A DNA stretch of 62,097 bases, counting the filler, from Piptocephalis cylindrospora (Eukaryota): the NCBI GenBank assembly GCA_003614145.1. It is 7 parts of 7 records of this genome, joined end to end, with 100 filler letters (N's around TTAATTAATTAA, not from the genome) between each part and the next. Parts side by side here need not be neighbours in the genome. Positions count along the whole stretch, not along the records: positions 35,636 to 44,402 come from KZ988129.1; positions 44,503 to 53,260 come from KZ988130.1; 5 more parts are not named here. One strand, 5' to 3'. Shown here piece by piece: positions 35,670 through 48,098 of the stretch (position 1 is the stretch's first letter; each line of letters opens with the position of its first letter). The translations under genes and the position numbers were made by a program. Under the pieces are notes generated by a model. The model saw nothing but the letters and a program-made list of their open reading frames with translations, was not told the origin of the DNA and did no database searches.

Positions 35670-38600
35670 TTACCAGAGTGACGAGGGCTCAACTACATTT
35701 TCCGCCATCTCAGCGTCGGTTGTGACTGGGGATTCGGAAGTCTCCATGCTGATGCTCTCCTCTTTAACGTCAGCGTCTTCCGCATCTGATGTTTTGACCT
35801 CATTTATGCTCACCGCTTCACTAAGGGATTCGGTCTCATGGGTATGGTCCTCGTTTCCCATGAGATATTCTTCCTCAACAACCTCTTTCTGGACATCATC
35901 GTCCTGGTTAAGAGGCCTCTCGACAGCTTCCTCAGTAGCCTTCTCGGTCACCTCATCCTGCCCGCCCTCCGCTTCTTTGACCTCCACTTCCTCAGTCCTG
36001 GTCTCCTCGACCTCGGCTTCTTCCACCTCAAGCTTGACCTCGTTTTGCTCAACTTTAGTCTCCTCAACTTTGGTCTCGCCCTCTTCAGTCTTCACTTCCT
36101 TTTCCGTAGTCTCGACTTCCTCTTCAGTCTGCGACTCTTCCTTTTCAGTCTTGAACTCCTTCTCTTCAGCCTTTACCTCCTCCTCCACAATCTTGGCCTC
36201 TTCTTCCTCAATCTTGTCCTCCTCCTCCTTAGCCTTGGTCTCTACTTCTTCAGCCTTGGCTTCTTCCTCCTCACCCTTGATTTCTTCCTCCTCACCCTTG
36301 ATTTCTTCCTCCTCACCCTTGATTTCTTCCTTCTCATCCTTAACCCTTTCCTCCTCAACCTTGGGCCCTTCCTCTTCAGCTTTGGCTTCTATGGCAGTCT
36401 TACTCTCGTCTTCCTCAACATTGACCTCCTCTTTCTCAGTCTTGATCTCTTCTTCGGGCTTCTCCTCATTGGATCCCTGAGAGATACAGATGGTCTCAGG
36501 AGAGGGTATAGAGGGCTCCTCAGTGGAAATGATGGTCTCTGTATGCCTCTCCATCTTCTCTGCCTCCTTGTCCTCCATGTCAGCGACAACGACATTGGGT
36601 GTTTGATGGGGACTATCAGCAACAGATATGTCTTCATGCTCGCTTAAGGCAATTTCTTCGTGAGGTGATTCCACGGAATCTTCATGAAAAGTGCCTTCGG
36701 CGGCCATGACGTCCGACTCAACCATGAGATCCTCCACAAGGTTGTCAGCGGTCTTGGAGGCGCTATTCTGTTGAGCAGATTCATCACTTTCACTGATTTC
36801 TTGGGCCAGCTCCGCCTTGGCGTCGCCCTCTGCAGTGTCGTATACCTCCTCGACCTTGCTTTCCCGCGTGAGGTTATCATCAGCCTCCTTGTCGCCCTCC
36901 TTGGTCATGATATCGGGAACGTTATTTTCCTCGACCTTGGAGATTGGTTCAGTCAAAGGCTCTTCGGTAGAGAGGTCTACTTGGGTTTCAATGGCGGGTA
37001 CTTCAGGCTTTCTGTCGTTCACAGCATCCTGAATAGGAGGGGAGACATTTTCTACCTCTGCAGTGAGTTCTTTCACTTGAGCACCCTCCTCCTTGATGGT
37101 AGAAGGCTGCTGATACTGGTCCTCTGAATCTAACATTTCCAGATCTCCTTCCTGCTCGACAGCGACAGGATAAAGCTCATCGGCATTGGGTTCCTCTTGC
37201 TTAGTAGAAACCTCTGCCTCCAGGGGGTCAGCGGTAGTGAATGCGGCCTGAGAGATAGAAATATCTTCCGAAGGTTCCTCCACAGTTGTGGTTGTGTTAT
37301 CAACCGTATCAGAAACCATTTCCCTTTCCATGGATGGAGAATGGGCCTGCGAGAAGGTGTCATCAGTGGAATCATTCTGCCTAATAGTCTCAGGGGCAAA
37401 ACCAGACAAAGAAGAATCAGTCGTAGGGAGCTCAGTGACGGTTAGGGTGGGCTTCTCTGACGTCTCCTCTACATCTTCCTTGGTCGCAGCCTCAGTATTA
37501 AATGCGTCTGAATCCTCAACGGACTCTAGCTTGGCCTGCTCCTCTAGGCATACAGCATCAGACTGGCGATCATGAGCCACAGGGGGCTCATGGCCGAGAG
37601 AACCCTCCCAGAAGGCCTCCGAGCGGGCTGACTCCTCCTGGATGGTCCTTTCGATCATGGTATCCATAAGGACCTCTCGGGATTGCTCAACATCAGTTTC
37701 TGTCGTTGCGATTTCTTCCATAGGCTTGCTCTCTTCCATCTTCTCAGAAGACCCTTCAATCGTCATTTCGGCGCTCACACTCTCCTCCAGTTCTTTCCGC
37801 TCCTCTTCGTGTACATCCTGACTCGTCACCTCTTCTTCTCCTTGATAAATGATTTCAGTCGGCACTTCCTTTTGTGTAGTCTTCTCAATTCCATCATCAT
37901 GCACAGCCACTTCCAATCCTGGCTCAATGCTTTCAGCCACGTCAGCTTCCTTCTTATCCTCCTTTTCCATCTCCCGCGCCGAAGCAGAGATGTCTTCTTC
38001 TAGAGGCTCCTCTTGGCAGGGCTTTTCCTGAATGTTACGATCTTCGACAACGATGGCTGCTTCCTCGACAGCCTGCTCATCCGCAGAGGGAAATGGCTCT
38101 TCCATTGCAGAAGTAATCATGGTCTCCCTCTCCTTGGAGGCCTCTTGAAGGGGCTCAGGAGTGATGAGGGCTTGGACTTCCTCCTCTTCCTTGCCCTGAA
38201 CAACCTCCGTCTCCTGTGAAAGGAGGGACTCCTCCGGAGGGACTTCCCGAGTAGCATTCTCCTGGAGGACAGTCTCATCCTGGGAAATAGAATGGGAGTG
38301 GAGCAAGGTGAAGCCATCCGCAGTCGGGGTAGTCAGGGTGGGGGATGGAAGCTGTACTATCTCACCATCGTCCTCGTCCTTCTCATCCTCGCTTCCCCCA
38401 ATGCTCCGCATCTTCCCATGGGTCATTTCAGCTGCAGCGGCGGTACCAGCGATTCCAGCGGCCATCTTGGTAGCAATATCTTGACCCATAAGAGCCTCGC
38501 CAACAGCGGCGACATGATGGGCATCATCCAGAAGATCATTGGCAGCATCTTCGGTCTCCTTCTGCTCCTTGGGCCCGTCAGGAATGACATTGGCTGTGGC

Positions 38601-40067
38601 AAAGGTATTGACTTCATCCTCCCGCCAAACTTGACCAGAGGTAAGGTCAAGACCGATGAGCTCAATGGGATCGGAGAAGACACGCCATTTACGAGAGTTA
38701 AGCCCAATGAAGGCGGCCTGGAAGCGAGAGGGGGCATTGAGCTTGGACTCTAGGGGGACGTTTTCCCCCGTGACTTTGCGGATGAAGATCCCAACAATAC
38801 GCTCATCTGGCCAATCCTTCCCCTCTCCTCCTTGCATATCACGGACCACCTCCCCGTACGCTTCAGCATCCATCTGTCCGGAATCACCAAAGAGCAGGAA
38901 TTTTCTTCCGGGGAACTGGCTTATTACATCCATGGTACCATTCCTCTTGTAAATCTTTAGGTCAGGATGCAGGCTAGCAAGATGGCGGAAAGAGAAGTTG
39001 GCCACCTATATAGATCAAAGAGAGGCGGTACAATGAGATCACAGGGTACAATGACAGTAAAGTCGAATTGCCTACCTGAACAGATGGAGAAGGAAATCCG
39101 GAAGTGAGGAAAAAGTTATCCAAGGAGGGTAGGATGGCATAGGGGGAGGCGGAGAGGAAATGGAGGTGGAAGTCCTCCAAGCCCTCGCTGTATTGCTCCA
39201 CCAATCCACGGAAGAGGTCAGGCATGCCCGGGATGGCAGTATAAGGCTTAATGAAGGCTCGCTTAATGACCTCCTTTTGATCGAGAACCCGAGTATCCTT
39301 TACGGTATCCTATAGAAGAAGGGGAGTGATATTGAGCGATACATCTGTAGGAGGAGGACGTAGGAGGGTGAGGGGAAAGGCGGGAAACGTACATCGACAT
39401 CGGAGACAATGGAGAAACCCGAGTGACGGACTACTTGAATGCGCCCAGTAGCGGTGACACCAGGCTTTCCAGTGGCCACATCGGGGGCAAGGGTAACATC
39501 ATATTTAAAATGCATGTTTGGAGGCAAGGAAGAAGTGATCTCGGTAAGGAAGACAAGATGAAAGTGCCCTTCCTCATCGGTAGCGGATCCAGGAGGGAGA
39601 TCCATCATCCGCGGCTCCCTTTCACCTGGGATGTAAAGACGCACCGATTCGATGGGCCTAGAGGTGCAGCAGGCACCAAAGAACCAAGAGAGACGGTCAT
39701 GCAGTTCATTGATCTCAACAGGGTCGTTTTCATGATAGTAGGCATCAAAGAGACCCTCGATTCCCCTTTCTAGCCAGGTGGGATCGACAGTGGAGCGGTA
39801 GAGGGCAACACCATGCAGGTGAATGGCATAAGTGGTAGCCTCACTGGAATCAAGCTGCTTGGCCCATTGAGGATAGAGGATGAGGGAGGGCGCTCCACCG
39901 TTAATAGAAGCACTCTCGGCCTCTCCGCCAGCGGGATCCTGAGCTTCCCGGGCGGTAACTGTGGGGGTAGGAGAGGTGGTGGTGGTTGTAGCTCCTAATT
40001 CTTCATCTGGGTATTCATACCCAAGGGTACCAAGGACCCTTTTGATCGCGGTGAAGAAGAGAGGCAT
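35670..40067 (-). CDS. APP1: App1-family (DUF2183) phosphatidate phosphatase with very long Glu-rich tail; exons 40067-39393, 39309-39076, 39005-35670
   Basis: Catalytic IVSDVD/DT.K (DxDxT) across intron 1, LSASP, FLLFGDSGQMD.EAY, IFIRKV. Confidence 0.85.
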
Positions 40068-41209
40068 GGTGTTGAGGATGGTGGGGGATGGAAGGGAAGT
40101 GGGATGCGTATGTGTAGATACAGGAAGGGTTAGGGGCGGAGGAGGGGGGGGGAGGAGGAGAGCCTCAAAGGTCAAGAATGACGTGAGCGGCGTAGGTCCA
40201 CGAATGGGAAAAGAAGAGAAGGGAAGAAGGAAGGGGAGGGGGAGGAGGATGATTAGGACGCGGTGGACGAATGGCCTTTTATACACCAGCTTGTTGCCAC
40301 CTTGGACGAAAGAACTTTCATCCAAGATGGCGGAGAGACCGCGACCTCTGCGGCGGGGGACAAAAATTATTCAAGGGAACAAAATGATGATGCTTCAGCA
40401 GGGATGTATGCGGAAAAAGGACCCGAGAGCAAAAATTTAGGGGTGCTGAGCGTGAAAATTGATACTCCGTCCACATGACACAGCCCCTCAGTCAAGGAGA
40501 GCAGCACCCTCTAGAAAAGCCAAGCCATACAACCTCCGTCCCTTTGAAGATATCACGTCTTCTCTGAAGGAAGGCGGAAAGGGTCGGGACGTCCCCTAGA
40601 TAGCCGAGGGCCTTAAAACTATTGAGCTTACTTTTGGCCATGAGGAGAGCTAGGCCAGGATAAAAGCTGTGGGAGGCAATGGCTTATGTCCCACGCTTCC
40701 TTGACGTAAGCAGAGTGTGGTCAAGTATTGTGACGAACTGTGATTCCTCGTGCTTCTCCGTCTCGGGTGCTAGTGAGTATGCGTTTGAGTCCTGTTTTCT
40801 GCACGAGCGGGCGTGCCACTATGAATGCGACCTCTTCCATTCACACATTGGTGAATACAGCTACTTTTTATCATCCCTTAGTCCTCATCGATGGAGGCTA
40901 AATCCACATCTGCAGGATCCGTGGGATCTGACTGGATAGCATGAGGAGACACCATGTCATTTACCTGTATGGTTCATGGGGAGGAAGCTCAATGCTTTGC
41001 AGGGAAGGGCAAGTGTGATAAGACCAAGGGGAAGTGTATGGTGTGATGCGGCGTTGGACATGGGATATAAAGGTTAAAGGGCAGGTGTGGCAACATACTG
41101 GTGATCCCATTCGGATCTGCTTCCCCCTTTTCCTCTCTGCTATTACTATCACTTTACATTTTTCTCTTACAGTCGACTTTTACTACGGTGTACACTACCA
41201 TTTCTTTCC

Positions 41210-42517
41210 ATGGACCCATTGGGAAGGAAGGAGTCTATTAACCAAGAGGATTCCCAGGCTCAATTATCGAGGGGGAGCGCCTCGGCCGTTAAATCGAACT
41301 TTGTCCTACCCATGAGGACGCCTCCATCAAAATTATCCTCCACCAAGACATTACCCAAATCCCCTCCACGTACTAATATGTCGCCTTTGCCGTCGCATGG
41401 CGCGCCTGGAGGGATGAAGGGCAGGGACTCTACGTCGCATGTATATCCCTCTTCGGTGTCAGGATCGCTTGGCATTCCCTGGGTCCAAAAGGAAGGCAAA
41501 GTGGATCAGAGTGACCCCTTTCCCCAGATCTTCCCACCAAAGACTCAATCTAGCCCTCCTCAGCCATCTCTTTATCCTAAGCATCTTTCCTTGAAGGATG
41601 TGATGGGATGGAACAGAGATCCTGAGGGTACTTCTGAAATGAGGATCAAGTGCACTGGCCCAGGGCTGAGTGATCAGGTGTGCTGTAGAGTTTTGGCGGT
41701 TCTGTTGGAGGGAGCACTTGGGAAGGATAAGGTCAGTGTCGGGTCCGGCAAGGAAAAGGGCAAGTTGAACATACGTCTTTGGTGCGAAAGCTGCACATGG
41801 GTCAATCCTCCCATGTGTATGTGCATCTACCTGCACCGGGACACGGAGTCAACTCCCTGGGAGAACACCGATGTCGATACCTGGAAAGGGTCCCAGGGAT
41901 TACCTTCCCTTTTCATTACTCTTCCCCCTTGTTCATTATCCAAGTTTGTATATTCCGGTGAAGAGCGGAAAGTCGGAGCAACACAATTCATTGAGGAGGA
42001 GAGTTTTGATAGGTTGATGAAATGGGAAGGAGAGCAAATCCGGAGCATATGCCAATTCTTCAGGGTGGAGCCTCCTCCTCCAGGAAGCTACCCATTAGCG
42101 TCTAGGATGAGGAAGAGATTGGTGGGAGGCTCTGTCAATGGCGTGAAAAAGGAATATTTGAATGGTGGAGAAGCCCTATCCTCTTTTCAGGATCCGAGAT
42201 ACCGTTCCATCGACATATCACGCTCTCAGGAGAAACAGGGATTGGTACAGGCGACCATGGCGGACCAAGATGAGCCCCAGATCCTTCCTATGGATCCGGT
42301 CAACTCAATGGTCCAGCTACTATACCAAAGCCTTCTCCTGAATGCCATGCTCATTGTCCTCTTGGCCAGCACACCAACGAGACAATGGTTTGGCCTGGAA
42401 GTGGCGATTCATGGGGGTCGCGTGGAGGAGGGATATGGCTATGAGCGTTTGATGGACGAGTGGCTCGATAGGGCCCTAAGCATGATGGTGTATGTGCTGA
42501 CCGACCAAGGCTGGTAA
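41210..42517 (+). CDS. Hypothetical protein, 435 aa
   Basis: Long uninterrupted ORF after a pyrimidine-rich leader; no motif recognised. Confidence 0.6.
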   Translation: MDPLGRKESINQEDSQAQLSRGSASAVKSNFVLPMRTPPSKLSSTKTLPKSPPRTNMSPLPSHGAPGGMKGRDSTSHVYPSSVSGSLGIPWVQKEGKVDQSDPFPQIFPPKTQSSPPQPSLYPKHLSLKDVMGWNRDPEGTSEMRIKCTGPGLSDQVCCRVLAVLLEGALGKDKVSVGSGKEKGKLNIRLWCESCTWVNPPMCMCIYLHRDTESTPWENTDVDTWKGSQGLPSLFITLPPCSLSKFVYSGEERKVGATQFIEEESFDRLMKWEGEQIRSICQFFRVEPPPPGSYPLASRMRKRLVGGSVNGVKKEYLNGGEALSSFQDPRYRSIDISRSQEKQGLVQATMADQDEPQILPMDPVNSMVQLLYQSLLLNAMLIVLLASTPTRQWFGLEVAIHGGRVEEGYGYERLMDEWLDRALSMMVYVLTDQGW

Positions 42518-42709
42518 ACTTGAAGTATTGCTTGAAAATGACTGTGCGAGTGTGTCAATACATTGTACCTTGCGAGACAATTAAAAGGCAGATGGAGTAA
42601 AAAATGGCAGTAAGATATGAAAAGACAGCGTGAGAGAAAGAGAGCAGTAATTCATAAGGCTTTGAAGAAATGAGAGCATGCAATACACAAGAGGGGATAT
42701 AAGGACAGA

Positions 42710-44363
42710 TTAGATGCCCTTGGGAAATTCATTCATCTGGACACCCTTGCTTCCTTCCTCTGCCGTGGATTCCCCATCACGAGGAGAATCAGGCAATGAG
42801 AGGGTGGTTTCAGGAGGGGATGAGAAGGAATCAAGGGTAGTACGAAGTTGGAAAAGGCTAAGGGGCTTGGGTAAGCACTGATCCATACCGGCCTCCCGAC
42901 ACCGTTGCCTCCAGGCATCGGTTGTGGAGGCAGAGATGGCAATGATAGGAACATGATAGGCGGGAGGGGTGGAGAGACGGTTGGAGGAGGTGGAGGAGGG
43001 GGTGGAGGCCATGGGGGCACTAGAACCAGAAGAAGAGGTGGACGAGGTGGCCAAGACCATGACACGTTCCCTCTCGCGGATAAGTCGAGTGGCACGGAAT
43101 CCATCCATCAGGGGCATTTGACAATCCATGAGGATGGCGGTGTAATAGCCCTTTGGGGCGGACATGTACCGTTCATAGGCCTCTTGCCCATCGGTGGCCA
43201 TGTCGGCGGCAAAGCCGAGTTTGTGGAGGAAAAGCTCACCAAGCTTCCAATTGACAGCATTATCCTCAGCATAGAGAACACATCCGCGGGGGTAGGCCTT
43301 GCGATCATAGGATCTTTCCAGGGCGATGGGAGAGGTGGGATGGGAGGAGTGAATGAAAGTGGAGGAGGTAGGGGAGGATGGGTCCTCAGCTGCTTCAATG
43401 CCAGACTCAACCCAGGCTTTGGGTAAGGAAATGGGGGTACGGGAGGAAGAGGAGGAAGAGGAGGAAGAGACCCCAGGAGTAGAGGTGGTGTACTGGTTCA
43501 TGCGATCCATGTCCTTGGATCTGAACGGGGAGGTAACAGGGGGAGGCATGGGGAGGTGCTGAGGAGCATTGATCCTCTTATTCCGGGTTTGGGAGGGTTT
43601 GGTGGTGGAGGCGGAGGAGGTAAAGGAGGAACGGGAGGAAAGGGAGGTAGGGTGTGAGGTGGAACGACGTGGACCTCGAGAACAGGATGTGGATTCCATG
43701 CTACTAGTGCCAGAAAGTATGGGATCATCCTCGTCTTGGAATGGATCAGGATGATGTATCTCTTCATAAGAATTGATGTTCCCCTCCTCGCTTGGATCTT
43801 CCCCAACAGTACGCATCCGAGTAGGATGACTGGAGATCCGCTTCATTCTCCCTTCCCCGATGGGCCTGGGACGGGTCAGACCGCCCTCCTCTGATCCCAA
43901 TCCCCTGGAAAGTTCAGTCTGGATGGCTATAGCAGCACAGGTCTCGGCCAAGGTAGCCAGAATAGTATCCATGTTCAAGGGTCGTTGTAGCACGGTGGCA
44001 GCCCCAGTGGGAAGAGTGGCCCTTTGGGGATAAGAGAGCGGAGCCAGGAGGATGGCTGGAGAATGGGAAAGGTGGGCGGGACGAGTGGAGGAAGCCTTGG
44101 CCTTCTGGATGAGAAGTGGAAGAGCCATGACCGGAGGACCCATATCATACCCAAGGCACATTTCCACATCGACGATGAAGACATCACACCACTGGTCTTG
44201 AGGATCCTGCTGGGTAGGGGTGATGGGGGGGGTAGAGAGGTTGGGGACACCTATGGCCCTTACACCCATATCAATTCCAAGGCCATGTTCATCTGCGTCT
44301 TTGGAAGTTAGGATGACCACATCCATACCCCATTCCAGTAGCTGAAGTTGAAGCTGAGCTTGA
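42710..44363 (-). CDS. 3' fragment of a hybrid histidine kinase or response regulator (C-terminal receiver domain)
   Basis: VLYAEDNAVN, ATDGQEA, ILMDCQMPLMDGFRATRLIR, PIIAISA, C.EAGMD..LPKP; a degenerate receiver-like segment upstream; 5' end lost at the gap. Confidence 0.85.
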
Positions 44364-44502
44364 GTCTCTCCACCCCTCCCGCCTATCATGTTCCTATCAT
44401 TANNNNNNNNNNNNNNNNNNNNNNNNNNNNNNNNNNNNNNNNNNNNTTAATTAATTAANNNNNNNNNNNNNNNNNNNNNNNNNNNNNNNNNNNNNNNNNN
44501 NN

Positions 44503-44772
44503 CGTTCTTCGTTGTCTAGGAATGATATCATCGTGACCTTGCGTGATCAAGCCAGGGGGAAACGGTGGTCCTGGGGCGAAACCCGGGTGACCATGGATGT
44601 CGGAAGGATATCCATTGTGGATGGGAAGGGAAAGGGAAGATATGATACGGATGCAGAAACCAGACTCCCCTCTCATGGCCCTTATCCCTCCTCCTCCTCC
44701 TCCTCCAACCGAAGAGGAGGGATCCACCGGGACTCGGGGCTCTCCATTCAAGAGGGCGACATCCCCGATTGA
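44503..44772 (+). CDS. Possible 3' end of an unknown gene at contig start
   Basis: Frame open from the contig edge (RSSLSRNDIIVTLRDQARGK...) to TGA. Confidence 0.3.
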   Translation, partial: RSSLSRNDIIVTLRDQARGKRWSWGETRVTMDVGRISIVDGKGKGRYDTDAETRLPSHGPYPSSSSSSNRRGGIHRDSGLSIQEGDIPD

Positions 44773-46241
44773 CGCTCGTCTTTTTTATCATGTGCCCACA
44801 TCCACAGATTGTATCTCTAGTTGCATGGCCATTCCTCCATACACACTCTCTTGCTCATCTATTCTGGTATTTTTTACTTTGCTCATCCTACACGATGGGA
44901 TGAAGCGGAGAGACCATATGTTCATACTGATCGCGAGGCTCAGAGAAGACATGAGACGATAGGGTATGCGTGTCCAGGTCGATTATAGCTGAAGGGATGC
45001 GTCCTCCCTCCACTCTCTCCTGTGTGGTCACCAAGTCCTCTCCAGGTGAAATAGAATACTCGATTAGCAGATGATCCTGCATCTTTGCCTGTACATATAG
45101 CATAAATGCCTCCACAGGGACATGTGCATGAGAATGGATCTTTTCCCCCATCACCTTATTCCACCCTGGCTTGATCACGCAAGGTCACGATGATATCATT
45201 CCTAGACAACGAAGAACGTATGGAGAGTCCCTTGATGTGGATGATCACGCTGGACAATGTGAGAAGGGCCTTTCCCCCCTCCCTTTGTACATGGACGATT
45301 AAATCTCGGAGTGACTGATCTTTACTTCCAACAAATGATAGAATTAGGGAGGTCAGATCTAAATAAAGGGCGCTGGGCTGTTTTTAGAAGCGGAGATGTG
45401 TCCAGTCGTCCCAGAGAGCAGCATGTCCGCACCCAGTTTTATTTTCTTATTGTGTTGCGGCTTTGATGATGATGCCGCCTGACACGTCCAATTCCTGGGC
45501 TGGGCGATCATCCGTTCCGCACAGTATTATTATGGGCCGCCTTGGCTTAAGACCGCCTGAGGGGACTGACCCTAGCTGATACAACAGTAAACGCTGACTC
45601 ATCCTGTGCCGCGTCTCCTATCTAAAACCTACATAGCCCAGGTGCACACAGACATTTATCAAGGGTGTTCTGTGTGTAAGGCAGGTTACAGTGCATTTGT
45701 GTCCTGCATAGCATGCTACTGCCATCCTGTCCCTTCCCCAACCAGCTGCCCCCATCATCCCCCACACACATCCTCACTGCGCTGGAAAAAGGAAAGCAGA
45801 GAAATCCGAGGTGCTGACCAACCAGTCATGCTGAAAAATACGCTCCGAAGAATTTGCCGATTTCCCATCTACATCGCCCCCGTAGTAGCATTATTATGGC
45901 CCAGCCTCAATGAATCGCTCGCTCATACACTCTCCCACCCAGCCTAGATGCGTCTGAATGAACTGAACCAGTGTAGTCGACTGGTCAAATCCGGGTATTC
46001 TGATACGGTGATGATGAGACGGGAAGAACAACAGGATCCATCGGCCTGGCCTGTCTTGAGGGTGCTCCGAGAAAGCCTTTCTTCCTTACCATCTCTCTAT
46101 CACTTTCTTCCTTTCTTCCTTTCTCTCTCTCTCCCACCCTCTCTCTTGACCTTATCCTACATCCCTCCTCTCCCCTCCTTCCCTCCTCACCCATATCCTT
46201 TGTCCTTTCCCGTAGCATTCTCCCTCACCTTCCCTTCACCA

Positions 46242-47165
46242 ATGCCAAGTCCTGGCTCACCCCCTCTCCCGCCCCCCATCGTGACCGTACAGGAACCGTC
46301 AAGGCCCTCTACTGTGTATGGGGTCGTCACCTCCCCGAGCCTCCCAAGGCCCCCGGCTCTTCCGTCCCCGCCATTGGGGACGGATCAGAATCGCGTCTCA
46401 ACCCTAGCCCCTCCCTCAAGGGCCAACACCGTCTCCACCTACTCTTCCACCGTCCTTGAGGAGGGGGCCCGTCAGGCCCATCCCATGGTGGCGGCCATGA
46501 GAAGACAGCTGATTGTGGCTCATTTATGCCGAATCTTCCTGCTTTTTGTCATTGTGGCTCTTATCATCTTTGGCGTCTACCGCACCACCACCAAATGGTA
46601 CATTTGGGCTGCTTGGATGGGCGTCATCTCCATCCTCCTGGCTCTTGGACACCTTCGTTCTCTGCGTAAGCGATTACACTTGATCAAGGAACCGGGCGCA
46701 TCAGGAGAGACCTACTCCACCCCATACTCCATATCCGGATATGGAAGAAATCCCATGATGCGCCCCAATCCCGTGGCTCCTCTGCACGGCCACTCCCAGG
46801 TATCCGCCTCCACCCTTCAGAATGGGGCTTCTCCAAGCATGGGTGAACTTGGTCTTGATCCTCTGCCCTCGTACACTGAGGCCAGCTCCATCCCGCCTGC
46901 CTATGGCAATCAAACCTTGGGTAGGGCCTCCTCAAGATCGGAAGGCTCCCCGCCCCCTGTGGACGCTCCATCCGGGGAAGTCCACCGGTCTGGTCTGAGT
47001 CATGTGTTGCATGAGGAGGTAGCGGATGATCCACACGTCATGGCACTTGCGTCTTCATCTCCTCCTGGAGAAGGCCCATCATCTGCCCATACTTCCCCCC
47101 CCAGGGAGGATCCATCTTCTACTGCGACCGCACCTGCAACCCATCCCCATTCTCCCTCAGAGTAG
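46242..47165 (+). CDS. Two-TM membrane protein with Pro/Ser-rich tails and PY motifs
   Basis: TM segments IFLLFVIVALIIFGVY and WYIWAAWMGVISILLALG; LPSY and PPAY motifs. Confidence 0.7.
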   Translation: MPSPGSPPLPPPIVTVQEPSRPSTVYGVVTSPSLPRPPALPSPPLGTDQNRVSTLAPPSRANTVSTYSSTVLEEGARQAHPMVAAMRRQLIVAHLCRIFLLFVIVALIIFGVYRTTTKWYIWAAWMGVISILLALGHLRSLRKRLHLIKEPGASGETYSTPYSISGYGRNPMMRPNPVAPLHGHSQVSASTLQNGASPSMGELGLDPLPSYTEASSIPPAYGNQTLGRASSRSEGSPPPVDAPSGEVHRSGLSHVLHEEVADDPHVMALASSSPPGEGPSSAHTSPPREDPSSTATAPATHPHSPSE

Positions 47166-47669
47166 AGGAGGACGGGAGGACATTGCTCTGTCTCCTTCAC
47201 TGTGTACATAAGATGGTCATGAGAGCGTGGATCTCTTCATGACGGCTCATATTTTATTTTATTTCCCTTCTTGGTACGTCCATGGATGGGGGAGAGGCGT
47301 ATACGCCTCATATCCATGGTCTTTTTTGGAGGGGGGCGATACGGAGCAGAAAGGCACTACGACGTAGTAGAGGGTCATTTTATCCGGGTCAATTTCTTTA
47401 GAAGGCTTTCCCTTCTGCTTTCCTTTCCCTCCCCCAATTTAATACATGCATCACTCATATATCTTTCTCCGTTCTCTCTCTCTCTCTCTCTCTCTATCCC
47501 GTCCCATTCTCAAAACAACTGGTTCTACGATATGTCGGGTGTATTTCACGCATGTTTTCGCAAGCTCCGCACACCCTTGACCCAAACTGCGCCTTGATGA
47601 ATCTGTCATGACGAGTAACACATCCGACTTACGCCTTTCTCAGCCCCATCGCCACGCCATCACCCTACC

Positions 47670-48098
47670 CTACTGCTTCTTCCCAAGGTTCCGGTCGGGG
47701 TCAAATAGGCGCTGGCAATCGGCATACGCGGCACCGATACCAAAGCCAGCTCCAAGGGTCACGGGCCATACCCTCCCTGTACAAGGCGTGTCAGCTGGTC
47801 AGACCATGCTCTAAAAGCTCTGCCCACATCAAACACGCTCAACACCTCAAGTACTTACGTCGGAAGAGGAGGACAGAGAGAAAGATTCCTCCGGCAATCC
47901 CAGCTCCAGTCTTGGTGATGAACTGGGTAGCGGCCTTATCCCACTACAAGTCATTCATACAGCCAGAACAAGGGTCATCGCTGGTTAGTTAGCGAGATGG
48001 GGTGAATGCAAGGTCAAGCCCACTTGACCTTCACTTACCTTTTCGGCAACAAGGTCCTCGCTAGCCGTCTGGCGGCCAAGTGTATGGTTTCCGCTCAT
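47670..48098 (-). CDS. MIC10: MICOS subunit Mic10, 3 exons
   Basis: Spliced SEDLVAEK/WDKAATQFITKTGAGIAGGIFLSVLLFRR/RVWPVTLGAGFGIGAAYADC. Confidence 0.9.
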
